64,000 nucleotides of DNA, from contig CBDHCN010000002.1 of assembly GCA_965261185.1 (NCBI GenBank), positions 2,623,602 through 2,687,601 on the forward strand. Direction: 5' to 3'. Positions 19,908-28,509 of this stretch are shown piece by piece. The notes under the pieces are model-generated. The model saw only the letters and a program-made list of their open reading frames with translations. It was not told where the DNA came from and did not search any database. Source of the DNA: Candidatus Aldehydirespiratoraceae bacterium. GTDB taxonomy: Bacteria > Actinomycetota > Acidimicrobiia > Acidimicrobiales > Aldehydirespiratoraceae. Numbering within the stretch: the stretch's first letter is position 1; every line of letters begins with the position of its first letter. The translations under genes and the position numbers were made by a program.

Positions 19908-20644
19908 TGCTGTACGAACCGGTCGATTAGTTCAACAATCAGTTCAGGATGTTGAAGATGAATGTCATGGCCACAATCCCGCTCTTGGAGAATCGACCCG
20001 TTGACGATCCGGTGTGCTCGTCTGGCGTCTTCGACCGGCGCGGCGCTGTCGCTTCGACCCCACACGAACGCTGTCGGACAACGAACCTCGGCCAGTTCGG
20101 TCTCATATGACTCGTTCACGACTTTGACGAATATCTCACGCATGACACCAGTAGCGGCCAGATAGTCGGCCGAGCCGTATTTTTTGCGGGCGGATTCCAG
20201 TCGAGCGTTACTTGCGAGCCCCAACCTGTGAAGCCTCCTTGCCACCCGATACAGCATTGGTGGTCTGGCCTTTGCTTCGGTCCTAAAAAGTGGGGTCCCA
20301 GCGATAATCAGCCCATGAACAGACTGTGGAGCAGATGCCGCGATCTGCAGTGCAATTCGACCACCGAAAGAGTGCCCGACAAGGAGAACTCTCTCGGACC
20401 CTGTCCATTCGGCAATCGCCTCAAGGACTCCGTTTGCGTATTCGGCTGAACCCATGGCAACTGTGGGTGGAACCGATGAACCGAAGCCGGGCAGATCAGG
20501 CGACATTCCAGGCCTCTGGCTCGCAATAGCAGCGAAGTCGCTCCGTGTACGACCCCAGCCGTGCAGGTAGACGATCGGAACCACCGGTGGAGCGGCTGGA
20601 ATCTCAGCGATGAGTCCCAAGGTTCCAAATGTTGCTACAGGCAT
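19904..20644 (-). CDS. alpha/beta fold hydrolase
   Basis: HGWG, 'DLPGFG', GHSFGG nucleophile elbow, C-terminal GH; overlaps murF start. Confidence 0.88.
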   Translation of the reverse strand: MPVATFGTLGLIAEIPAAPPVVPIVYLHGWGRTRSDFAAIASQRPGMSPDLPGFGSSVPPTVAMGSAEYANGVLEAIAEWTGSERVLLVGHSFGGRIALQIAASAPQSVHGLIIAGTPLFRTEAKARPPMLYRVARRLHRLGLASNARLESARKKYGSADYLAATGVMREIFVKVVNESYETELAEVRCPTAFVWGRSDSAAPVEDARRAHRIVNGSILQERDCGHDIHLQHPELIVELIDRFVQQ

Positions 20645-20747
20645 TCAGCGGTCGCTCTCCTCACCTCGCGATCCTAGCTACGCACGCGACTGGGGTCGCG
20701 TAACGGGTCATGGCGCGTTGTGTCGGTGGAGCGGGCACACTGGAGCG

Positions 20748-21860
20748 GTGAGCGTGGACTGGGACGCGGTCGTGGCCGCTGGATTGTACGACCCGGCGTC
20801 GGCTGGCGCGGATACTCGCCGAGAACTGATTGAACTGTTGGCTTCGTATGGAGCCACAGTCGAGCAGATGGTCGCCGCCATCGAGATCGGCGAGTTGTGG
20901 GAGTTGGCGATCGAGTTGGTTTATGGGACATCAGCGGACATGTCGGCACACGAACTGGCTCAGCGAGCCGGGGTGGGTCTAGAAGCAATCGAGTCGATTT
21001 ACCGAGTGGCTGGAGTGCCAGTCATCGATCCTGACAAACGCCGGTTTGGTGATCAAGATGTGGATTTGGTTTGCGGTTTGGGGAATGTTGTCGGAGGCAA
21101 ATTTTTTCAATACGAGGAGTTGGGTGAGGTACTTCGGGTTTTTGGAGAGGCTGTAGGCCGCATTGCCGACGCGGCGGTGGCGATGTATCAGCAGGGTGCC
21201 TATCAGCGGATGATGGCTTCGGAGGCCAGTGAATTGGAGCGGGCCAAGCTCACCATCGCCAGAGCTTCGGAGGCCATGGTTTTCCCTCAACTGTTGACTG
21301 CGCTCATTCGACATCACATCTCCGACGCCGCTGAGCGCTTGCAGGCCACGCAGGTCCGGGGGAGTCCGTCAGAGCGTCTACTGGCGGTTGGATTTGTGGA
21401 CATAGTGGGGTACTCCGCACGTGCTTCTGAGGTGTCGATGGGGGAACTGTTCGACTTGGTGTCGGGCTTTGAGAACCGCTCGCTGGACATCGTGGCAGCT
21501 AGCGGAGGACACACGGTCAAACATCTCGGTGATGAGGTCATGTTCGTGGCCAACGACGCGGCCGCGGCCGCGACCATCGCCATGGATTTGGTTGACGCCT
21601 TCAGCAACGAGGGAGACGTGACGCCCCATGGCGGAGTTACGTTCGGGCCGGTAGTCAACCGCCGAGGTGACTATTACGGGCCGGTGGTCAACCTGGCTTC
21701 GCGTATCGCACGCCAAGCCGTGCCGGGTGAGATCCTGGTGTCGTCAGATATGGCCTCCCATCTTGTTGGTGTTGACGATTTCGAGACGTTCCCCGCTGGA
21801 CGGCGAATGCTCAGGGGCTTCGCCGATCCAGTCAAGGTCCACACTCTCTGTCGTCGCTAG
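20748..21860 (+). CDS. class III adenylate/guanylate cyclase with N-terminal regulatory domain
   Basis: 'GFVDIVGYS', 'VKHLGDEVMF', 'DYYGPVVNLASRI'. Confidence 0.88.
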   Translation: MSVDWDAVVAAGLYDPASAGADTRRELIELLASYGATVEQMVAAIEIGELWELAIELVYGTSADMSAHELAQRAGVGLEAIESIYRVAGVPVIDPDKRRFGDQDVDLVCGLGNVVGGKFFQYEELGEVLRVFGEAVGRIADAAVAMYQQGAYQRMMASEASELERAKLTIARASEAMVFPQLLTALIRHHISDAAERLQATQVRGSPSERLLAVGFVDIVGYSARASEVSMGELFDLVSGFENRSLDIVAASGGHTVKHLGDEVMFVANDAAAAATIAMDLVDAFSNEGDVTPHGGVTFGPVVNRRGDYYGPVVNLASRIARQAVPGEILVSSDMASHLVGVDDFETFPAGRRMLRGFADPVKVHTLCRR

Positions 21861-21909
21861 CAGGACTCGGCGGCTTGAGTCGGAAATAGTCCGCTGGTAT
21901 ATTTATCTG

Positions 21910-22704
21910 ATGGTGATGAACGCTGAGCAACAAAAAAGTTGGGAGTCGCGGGGTTTCTTCATTGAGCGCGGTTTTTTCTCTGACTCCGTGGTCGACGAGA
22001 TGATCGAGCGTGTTGTTGAGATTGTGAGAATGATCGACCAGGGAGCGCAACGGCCGGACCTGTGGCCAACCCCTGAGCGCAGGCTTGCGGATCAAGCGAA
22101 GCCCGAGGATCGACTGGCCAAGCTGTTCCGAGTAATGCGCACAGAAGAGGTGTTCCGCGCCGGCGCGACGGACCCTCGGTTACTCGCAATACTCGCTGAG
22201 ATGATTGGCCCCGATATCGATTGCTTCTTGTCTCAGTTCATCTTCAAGCATCCGGGCGCGTTGGGCCAGCCCTGGCACCAGGATGACTTCTACTTCCGAA
22301 TGACGCCGCTGCCACAGGTCGGCGTATGGATCGCGTGCACACCCGCCACCCTTGAAAATGGACCGCTTTGGGTGGTGCCTGGTTCTCACACCGAGGTCAT
22401 TCATGACGCGGTGCAAGACACCCGTCCCGATGCGGGTCTGGCTTATGTGGAGATCGTCGACGCTGATACCAGCAGCGAAGAGGTGGTCCTCATGGAACCC
22501 GGCGACACGCTTTTCTTCCACTCTCGCCTGCGCCACCGATCCACCGACAACGACTCCGACAACATGCGCGCCGCGATGGTGTACCACTTCGCGGTGCCCA
22601 CCTCAGAAGGCCTGCGGGCACCCAACCATGATTGGGTTGAGGTGTTGCGTGACGGTGAGGCAGTGTCGGCTCCAACCGAACCCCTGCCGATGGCCTGGTC
22701 CTAG
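21910..22704 (+). CDS. phytanoyl-CoA dioxygenase (PhyH) family Fe/2OG dioxygenase
   Basis: 'PWHQD', 'ENGPLWVVPGSH', 'PGD.LFFH...HRS..N'. Confidence 0.9.
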   Translation: MVMNAEQQKSWESRGFFIERGFFSDSVVDEMIERVVEIVRMIDQGAQRPDLWPTPERRLADQAKPEDRLAKLFRVMRTEEVFRAGATDPRLLAILAEMIGPDIDCFLSQFIFKHPGALGQPWHQDDFYFRMTPLPQVGVWIACTPATLENGPLWVVPGSHTEVIHDAVQDTRPDAGLAYVEIVDADTSSEEVVLMEPGDTLFFHSRLRHRSTDNDSDNMRAAMVYHFAVPTSEGLRAPNHDWVEVLRDGEAVSAPTEPLPMAWS

Positions 22705-25100
22705 TTTGGACTGACATCGGTGGTGGTGGTCACGATTGAGCGCCACTCATAGTTGGCGATGTCTCCACCAAGCGTGACCGTGGCTTCGCGCATCTGCGGA
22801 TCGAACGAGGATCCGCCCACCCGGAAAGTGAAGGTCCCCGGCTCGGTGATGAGGTCCATATTGAGGCCGTGAAAAGCCAGACGGCTCGGGTGAACCGTGA
22901 AGGTGACGGTCCGCGTGGCGCCAGCAGCAACAAATAGGCGAGTGAACCCGATCAGCTCGCGTAACGGCCTCGCCACCGAGGCGACATCGTCTGTGACATA
23001 TAGCTGGACCACCTCGTCCCCGTCTCGATCACCGGTGTTGGTGATCGCCACCGACACCGTGGTCGGGGTCGTTGTCGAGCCGGCTACCACCTCGGGCTCG
23101 CCGTAGTCGAAGGTTGTGTAGGAGAGTCCGTGTCCGAACCAGTAGAGGGCCGCAACGTCGCGATCGACATAGTTGCCGTAGAACTCTGAGCGGTCACCAC
23201 GATTGCGCATGTCGTGGTGCAGCGGTACCTGGCCGACGTGGCGGGGCATGCTGACCGGCAGGCGCCCGGCTGGGTTTAGCGCTCCGGTCAGCACCCCGGC
23301 GATGGCATTGCCGCCTTCTTCGCCCGGAAGGATTGACCACAGAACTGCGTTGGTGCTTTCTGCTTCGGTTTCCAGGGTGTGTACTCTGCCGCTGATCACA
23401 ACTACGACAGTGGGGGTGCCGGTTGCCGCAACCTCGGTGACCAATTGGGATTGCACGCCGGGAAGGTCAAGATCGGTGGCATCGCGAGCTTCTCCGACTG
23501 TGGAATCCATCACCAACCCCGAACGGGCGCCCACACAGACAATCGCCACGTCGGCGGCGGCCGCGGCTTGAACAGCTTCGGCGATTCCCGAGGTGTCGTC
23601 GCCAGAGTCGGCACAGCCGAACGAATAAGTGACGTCGGTTCCACCAAGAGCAGCACGCAACCCGGAGAGCGGGGTCACATGAGCTGTGTAGTGAGGACCC
23701 GGAGCAAACGCCCCGCTGGCCTCCGGCAGCTGGTCAGTTCCCGTGCCGTCACCTCCGACGGGCGCGCCGATATTGGCGAGATTCTCGGCGACCTCGGCGA
23801 TGCGACCCTGGTAGATGATCTCAAGATGAGCGGGGTAGTGGTAGTCGCCCTGCAACAGTCGTTGATCATCGGCATGTGGGCCGATCATCGCCACCCGCGA
23901 TATTGAGGGGTCCAGAGGCAACACACCGTCATTCTCCAACAGCACGACGCCTTCGGCCGCGGCGCGGCGTGCCAGCTGGCGTTGTTCGGCCGTGTCGAAG
24001 ACCCTGAGCGCGGCGTCGGCATCCACATAAGGGTTCTCGAACAGCCCCAACCGCATCTTCTGGGCCAGGACCCTGGCGAGGGACTCATCGACGAGGGCCT
24101 CGTCGATGAGTCCCTCGCGAACCGCGGTGGGGATGTGCTGATAACAGTCGAGCGCGGGTAGTTCGATGTCGAGCCCGGCCCCGAGTGCGGCAACCGCCGC
24201 GCCTTGGGCATCAACAGCAGTCTTGTGGTTCAAATAAAGCTGCATCACCGCGAAATAGTCGGCGACAACCGTTCCGTCGAAGCCGAGTTCACCCCGAAGT
24301 AGATCGGTGAGAATCTCACGGCTTGCGGCAACCGGCACGCCGTCGATCGAGGAGTAGCTGTTCATCATCGAGGCGAGGCCGGCTTCTCGAATAGCCGCGG
24401 CGAAGGGCGCTGCGTATACCTCTCGCAGTTCTCGGCCACCGAGATGGACCGGCGCGTGGTTGCGGCCACCCAACGAATATGCGTAACCCAAGAAGTGCTT
24501 GCCGGTGCAGACCACGCCGTTGGCGAGGTCGTCGGTCTGCATCGCCTTCACATACGCCACGCCCATCTGTCCGCAGAGTTCGGGAGATTCCCCGTAGGTC
24601 TCCTCAACCCGACCCCAACGGGGGTCGCGGGCCACATCAAGCACCGGTGAGAGGTTGTGGCGAGCGCCGACCGCGCGCATCTGAGTCCGGATCACTCCCG
24701 CAACTTCGGCCATCAGGTCTGTGTTCCAGGTGGCGGCTAGACCGAGGCCTTGAGGAAAAGTAGTCGCCCCCCTATGCAGGAATCCGCCGACTCCCTCTTC
24801 GTGGATCACGCCAGGAATACCGAGACGGGTGTTCTCGACGAGCACCTTCTGGATGGAGTTGGCCAACTGCGCCGATTCGTCGGCCAACAAGCCGGTGCTG
24901 GCACCGATGCGGGTGACCTGCCCGATGCCGTCTGAGAGCACCTCGGCGGCCACCTCGGGGTCGAACTGTTCGTCCACAACCAGCGAGGTGACCCAGACAG
25001 CCCCAAGCTGCGCCACCTTTTCGTCAAGGGTCATCCGGCCGATCAGATCACTGACTCGTTCGTCGATCGAGGCGGTCGGATCCTGGTAGATCTCGGTCAT
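22701..25100 (-). CDS. GH3 beta-glucosidase/beta-xylosidase
   Basis: 'RDPRWGRVEETYGE', 'KHF', nucleophile region 'VADY', 'FGHGLSYT', C-terminal Fn3-like 'GDEVVQLY'. Confidence 0.92.
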   Translation of the reverse strand: MTEIYQDPTASIDERVSDLIGRMTLDEKVAQLGAVWVTSLVVDEQFDPEVAAEVLSDGIGQVTRIGASTGLLADESAQLANSIQKVLVENTRLGIPGVIHEEGVGGFLHRGATTFPQGLGLAATWNTDLMAEVAGVIRTQMRAVGARHNLSPVLDVARDPRWGRVEETYGESPELCGQMGVAYVKAMQTDDLANGVVCTGKHFLGYAYSLGGRNHAPVHLGGRELREVYAAPFAAAIREAGLASMMNSYSSIDGVPVAASREILTDLLRGELGFDGTVVADYFAVMQLYLNHKTAVDAQGAAVAALGAGLDIELPALDCYQHIPTAVREGLIDEALVDESLARVLAQKMRLGLFENPYVDADAALRVFDTAEQRQLARRAAAEGVVLLENDGVLPLDPSISRVAMIGPHADDQRLLQGDYHYPAHLEIIYQGRIAEVAENLANIGAPVGGDGTGTDQLPEASGAFAPGPHYTAHVTPLSGLRAALGGTDVTYSFGCADSGDDTSGIAEAVQAAAAADVAIVCVGARSGLVMDSTVGEARDATDLDLPGVQSQLVTEVAATGTPTVVVVISGRVHTLETEAESTNAVLWSILPGEEGGNAIAGVLTGALNPAGRLPVSMPRHVGQVPLHHDMRNRGDRSEFYGNYVDRDVAALYWFGHGLSYTTFDYGEPEVVAGSTTTPTTVSVAITNTGDRDGDEVVQLYVTDDVASVARPLRELIGFTRLFVAAGATRTVTFTVHPSRLAFHGLNMDLITEPGTFTFRVGGSSFDPQMREATVTLGGDIANYEWRSIVTTTTDVSPN

Positions 25101-25693
25101 GCTGTTTCTCCTTGGACCTTTTGTTCACTGGGGCGCGTTAACGCTTCGAACATTGCGGACAGGGTTTTACGCCATACCTCGATGTCGGGCACATCGCGGC
25201 CATGAGCTTCCTGAATTCCGATCCCCGACGATAGGGCGTTGATCACGAACAAGACCGTGTCGGGGTCCGCGTATCGCGAGAGCGTTTCGAGGATCCACTC
25301 GGCGCGCTCCGCGAAGACCTCCTCAACGCCTGCTGCCACATCCGGGTCGTGACGGGCGGCGGCTGCCGCGTCGGTCTGCAACAGGCGGAGTTCGCGGCTC
25401 CCGGGACTGATGAAGAGATCGAACAGTTTGTCGGGATGCTGGGCCGCTTCGCCAAGATCCAACATGGTGTCGCGTTGGGCCAGTTCCGAGCGGATCACCT
25501 CAACGAGCAGTTGGCCCTTGGAACGGAAGTGCCCATAGATGGCACCCTTGGTGAGGCCGGCCTCATCGGCGATGTCACGCAGCGAAATGGCGGCATAACC
25601 GCTCTCAATAAACATTCGGGCAGCCAAGTCCAGCAGGCGTTTACGGGTAGCGGTGGACTTCGGGGTGAGCGGGGGAGAGGCTAATGCTGTCAC
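25097..25693 (-). CDS. TetR/AcrR family regulator
   Basis: 'ISLRDIADEAGLTKGAIYGHFRSK' HTH. Confidence 0.92.
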   Translation of the reverse strand: MTALASPPLTPKSTATRKRLLDLAARMFIESGYAAISLRDIADEAGLTKGAIYGHFRSKGQLLVEVIRSELAQRDTMLDLGEAAQHPDKLFDLFISPGSRELRLLQTDAAAAARHDPDVAAGVEEVFAERAEWILETLSRYADPDTVLFVINALSSGIGIQEAHGRDVPDIEVWRKTLSAMFEALTRPSEQKVQGETA

Positions 25694-28509
25694 GGGGTGG
25701 CTCCTGAGTCGGATCGGTCGATGGCGCGTTGGTCGGTGCCGAGGTAGCTGGCGACTACCACCGGGTCGTCGCGGACCTGCGTCGGGGTCCCGACCGCGAT
25801 GACCGAACCGCGTTCGAGACAGTAGATGCGATCGCTTATCGACATGATCAAGGGCATGTCGTGTTCGACGACGAGGACCGACGCATCGAGTTCTCTGCGG
25901 ATCCCCTGTAGCAGCGGTACCAGCGCTTCCGCCTCTCGTTGGGCTACGCCTGCGGTTGGTTCATCAAGGCACAACATTCGATTGCCGCCGGCGACGAGGC
26001 AGGTGAGTTCGAGTATCCGGCGAGTGCCGGTGGAGAGTTCGGCGCCGAAGGCGTTGGCGTAGTCGCCCAAGCCCAAGAAATCGATAAAGTCGTCGGCGGC
26101 TGCCGCTTGTCTGGTCTCGTGGCCACGGCCACAGAAGGGCACCGCAGATGTGACCAAGCGGGTGCGTTGGGTCGATTCGAGTGCGATTTGCACGGTTTCC
26201 CGCACGGTCAGGTCACCGAACAGGGTGGCGGCCTGAAAGGTCCGCCCGAGGTGGAGTGCGTGACGTTTATGCGGGGGTAGTTTGTCGACGGCAGTGCCGA
26301 AAATCTCGATCGAACCGGTGGCAGCTACGAATCCGCTGACCGCGTTCATGAAAGTTGTCTTGCCTGCCCCGTTCGTACCGATGAGTCCGACGATCTCACC
26401 GTGGCGGACTTCAAGATCAATGTTGTCGCAGGCGACCCGTGGGCCGAACCTGACCGTCACATTGGCCGCAGCTAAAGCGACTTCGTGCGGCGGCGGTCCC
26501 ACGCTGGGACGCTCAGGGAGTCGGCGGGTGGGTTCCGCCGGAGTTGGCAGCCGTGAGGCGTACCACGCAAAGAACGAATCGCGGGCTCCGAACCAGAGTT
26601 GAACGAAACCTCCGGGTGCGTACATCAACAAAATGAGGATGCCGAGGCTGGTGGTGAGCAGTGGGACAATTGCCGAGTCGGGCCAGAACGCAGGCATTCC
26701 TACGACCCAAAGTGAACCCAGGACGGGGCCGGCCACTGAACCGACGCCACCGATGACCGAGATGGCGAGGATCTGGACTGAGGTTTCCACAGCGAAGAAG
26801 GCGAAGAGCACCGTGACGTAGAGTCCACCGAGGAACCCTCCGGCAAACCCCGCTATCCCCCCGCTGATCGCGAAGCCTGTCAGCTTGGAACCCGTGGGCC
26901 AAACCGTGGAGGCTGCTGCGGCATCGGAGTTCTCGCGCACGGCAATGATTCGGCGGCCGATCCCACTGGTCCGGATCCGGGCGACGAAGAGGACGCCCAG
27001 CACGAGGGCCAGCAGGGCCAGGTAGTAGTAAGTGCGCTGCGGTTTGAGTTCAAAAGGTCCGATTGAGGCTCGCTCAAGCAGCGCCGAGGAGGTGCTTCCA
27101 CCGCTTAGGAAGGGGGTGCGGAAGAAGAACTTCTCCGCGCTCACCGCCAGAGCGAGAGTAACCACCGCCAAAAGCAGACCGCGGACGCGGAGGGCACCGA
27201 GTCCGATCAACACCGCTACCAGCGCGGTGGCAGCGGTAGCCCAGAACAGCGCCCACAGGAAATGAAGTTCAGGCAATGGCAGGGTCCAGTCGACTCCCAG
27301 AGCTCCGAGGCCGATGTCGTTGCCGTTCACAAGCGCCGCGGTGATCAGAGCTCCGAGCCCTGCGAACGCCCCCTGACCGAGAGAAATCTGACCGCTCCAA
27401 CCCACCAGGACCACTAGGGACAACGCAGCGAGCGCCATCAGCAGAATCTCGCTATAGCGGAACGTGCGGCTCGCTGTGGTGACGAACAGAGGCACGGCGA
27501 GAGCGACGAGAATCGCCAGAGTTCCGATAATCCTCGTATGGTGCCGCACCCACCACAAGTCCCGTAACGCAGGCGGGATCGGTCGCAGGCGCGGCGCGAA
27601 GCTGAACGACTCGCGCTCGTCGCTAGTGGAGCGCCGTGTCGTCACGAAGACCCCGGCGATGGCCAACACCAACAGCAGAGCTTCGAATCGACCCAGATCG
27701 AGCGGATAGTTGAGCCTGACGAGGGCTTCGACTATCCCGAGCAAGACTCCTGTGACCACCGCCCGCGGAAACGATATGAACGAGGCGATCACGGCGACGA
27801 CCAACACTCGGGTCATCAGCGATGGTCCCGGACTCGAAAGTAGAAAGGCGCGGCTGCTTCCTGCCTCTTGGAGTACGGCAACCATGCCGGCGAGCGCACC
27901 AGTGAGGGCCCAGACGATTGTCGACACGGTGCCAGGGTTGATACCCGCTAGACGGGCACGGTCAGGCTCGGCTGCGGAGGCACGGATGGCGCGGCCCCAT
28001 GCCGAATAGCGCATCCACAGCGCCAAGGCGGTCACAACTGCTGCTGAGACAACGAACAAGAGCAGTTCGCCACCTTCGATCCGTATGCCGAACCACTCGA
28101 ATTCTCGTGCCCACGGCGTCGGATAGTCGTTGCGGTTGTCTTGCGCCGATGGCTCTGGGAGAGCGAACATCGCCGCTTGGGCCAGTTGTGCCAAGCCGAT
28201 GGTGGCGACCAGCAGGATCACCCGCGGCGCGGTGAAGAGACGACGCACGACCGTGAGTTCCGCCACTCCTAGGAACACTGCGCCGGCCAAGACTGAGACC
28301 ACGAAACCGACCCAGTAGGGCGTGCCGTAGCGGATCACGAGATGTGCCATCACTTGGCCTGCTAGAACACCGGTGGCGCCGACCGCGAAGTTGATGACGC
28401 GGCTTGATCGGTAGACCAGGATGACACCGAGCGCAAGAAGTGCATACGCAAGCCCATGCACGGCGCCGATGAAGACGAACTGTCGTCCGAACTCCAGTCC
28501 AGCGATCAC
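25690..28509 (-). CDS. HAAT-type ABC transporter: fused double permease + ATPase (LivH-LivM-LivG-like)
   Basis: two permease halves ('VINFAVG', 'GQISLGQ'), Walker A GTNGAGKT, 'LDEPTAG', 'VEHDM'. Confidence 0.88.
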   Translation of the reverse strand: MIAGLEFGRQFVFIGAVHGLAYALLALGVILVYRSSRVINFAVGATGVLAGQVMAHLVIRYGTPYWVGFVVSVLAGAVFLGVAELTVVRRLFTAPRVILLVATIGLAQLAQAAMFALPEPSAQDNRNDYPTPWAREFEWFGIRIEGGELLLFVVSAAVVTALALWMRYSAWGRAIRASAAEPDRARLAGINPGTVSTIVWALTGALAGMVAVLQEAGSSRAFLLSSPGPSLMTRVLVVAVIASFISFPRAVVTGVLLGIVEALVRLNYPLDLGRFEALLLVLAIAGVFVTTRRSTSDERESFSFAPRLRPIPPALRDLWWVRHHTRIIGTLAILVALAVPLFVTTASRTFRYSEILLMALAALSLVVLVGWSGQISLGQGAFAGLGALITAALVNGNDIGLGALGVDWTLPLPELHFLWALFWATAATALVAVLIGLGALRVRGLLLAVVTLALAVSAEKFFFRTPFLSGGSTSSALLERASIGPFELKPQRTYYYLALLALVLGVLFVARIRTSGIGRRIIAVRENSDAAAASTVWPTGSKLTGFAISGGIAGFAGGFLGGLYVTVLFAFFAVETSVQILAISVIGGVGSVAGPVLGSLWVVGMPAFWPDSAIVPLLTTSLGILILLMYAPGGFVQLWFGARDSFFAWYASRLPTPAEPTRRLPERPSVGPPPHEVALAAANVTVRFGPRVACDNIDLEVRHGEIVGLIGTNGAGKTTFMNAVSGFVAATGSIEIFGTAVDKLPPHKRHALHLGRTFQAATLFGDLTVRETVQIALESTQRTRLVTSAVPFCGRGHETRQAAAADDFIDFLGLGDYANAFGAELSTGTRRILELTCLVAGGNRMLCLDEPTAGVAQREAEALVPLLQGIRRELDASVLVVEHDMPLIMSISDRIYCLERGSVIAVGTPTQVRDDPVVVASYLGTDQRAIDRSDSGATP

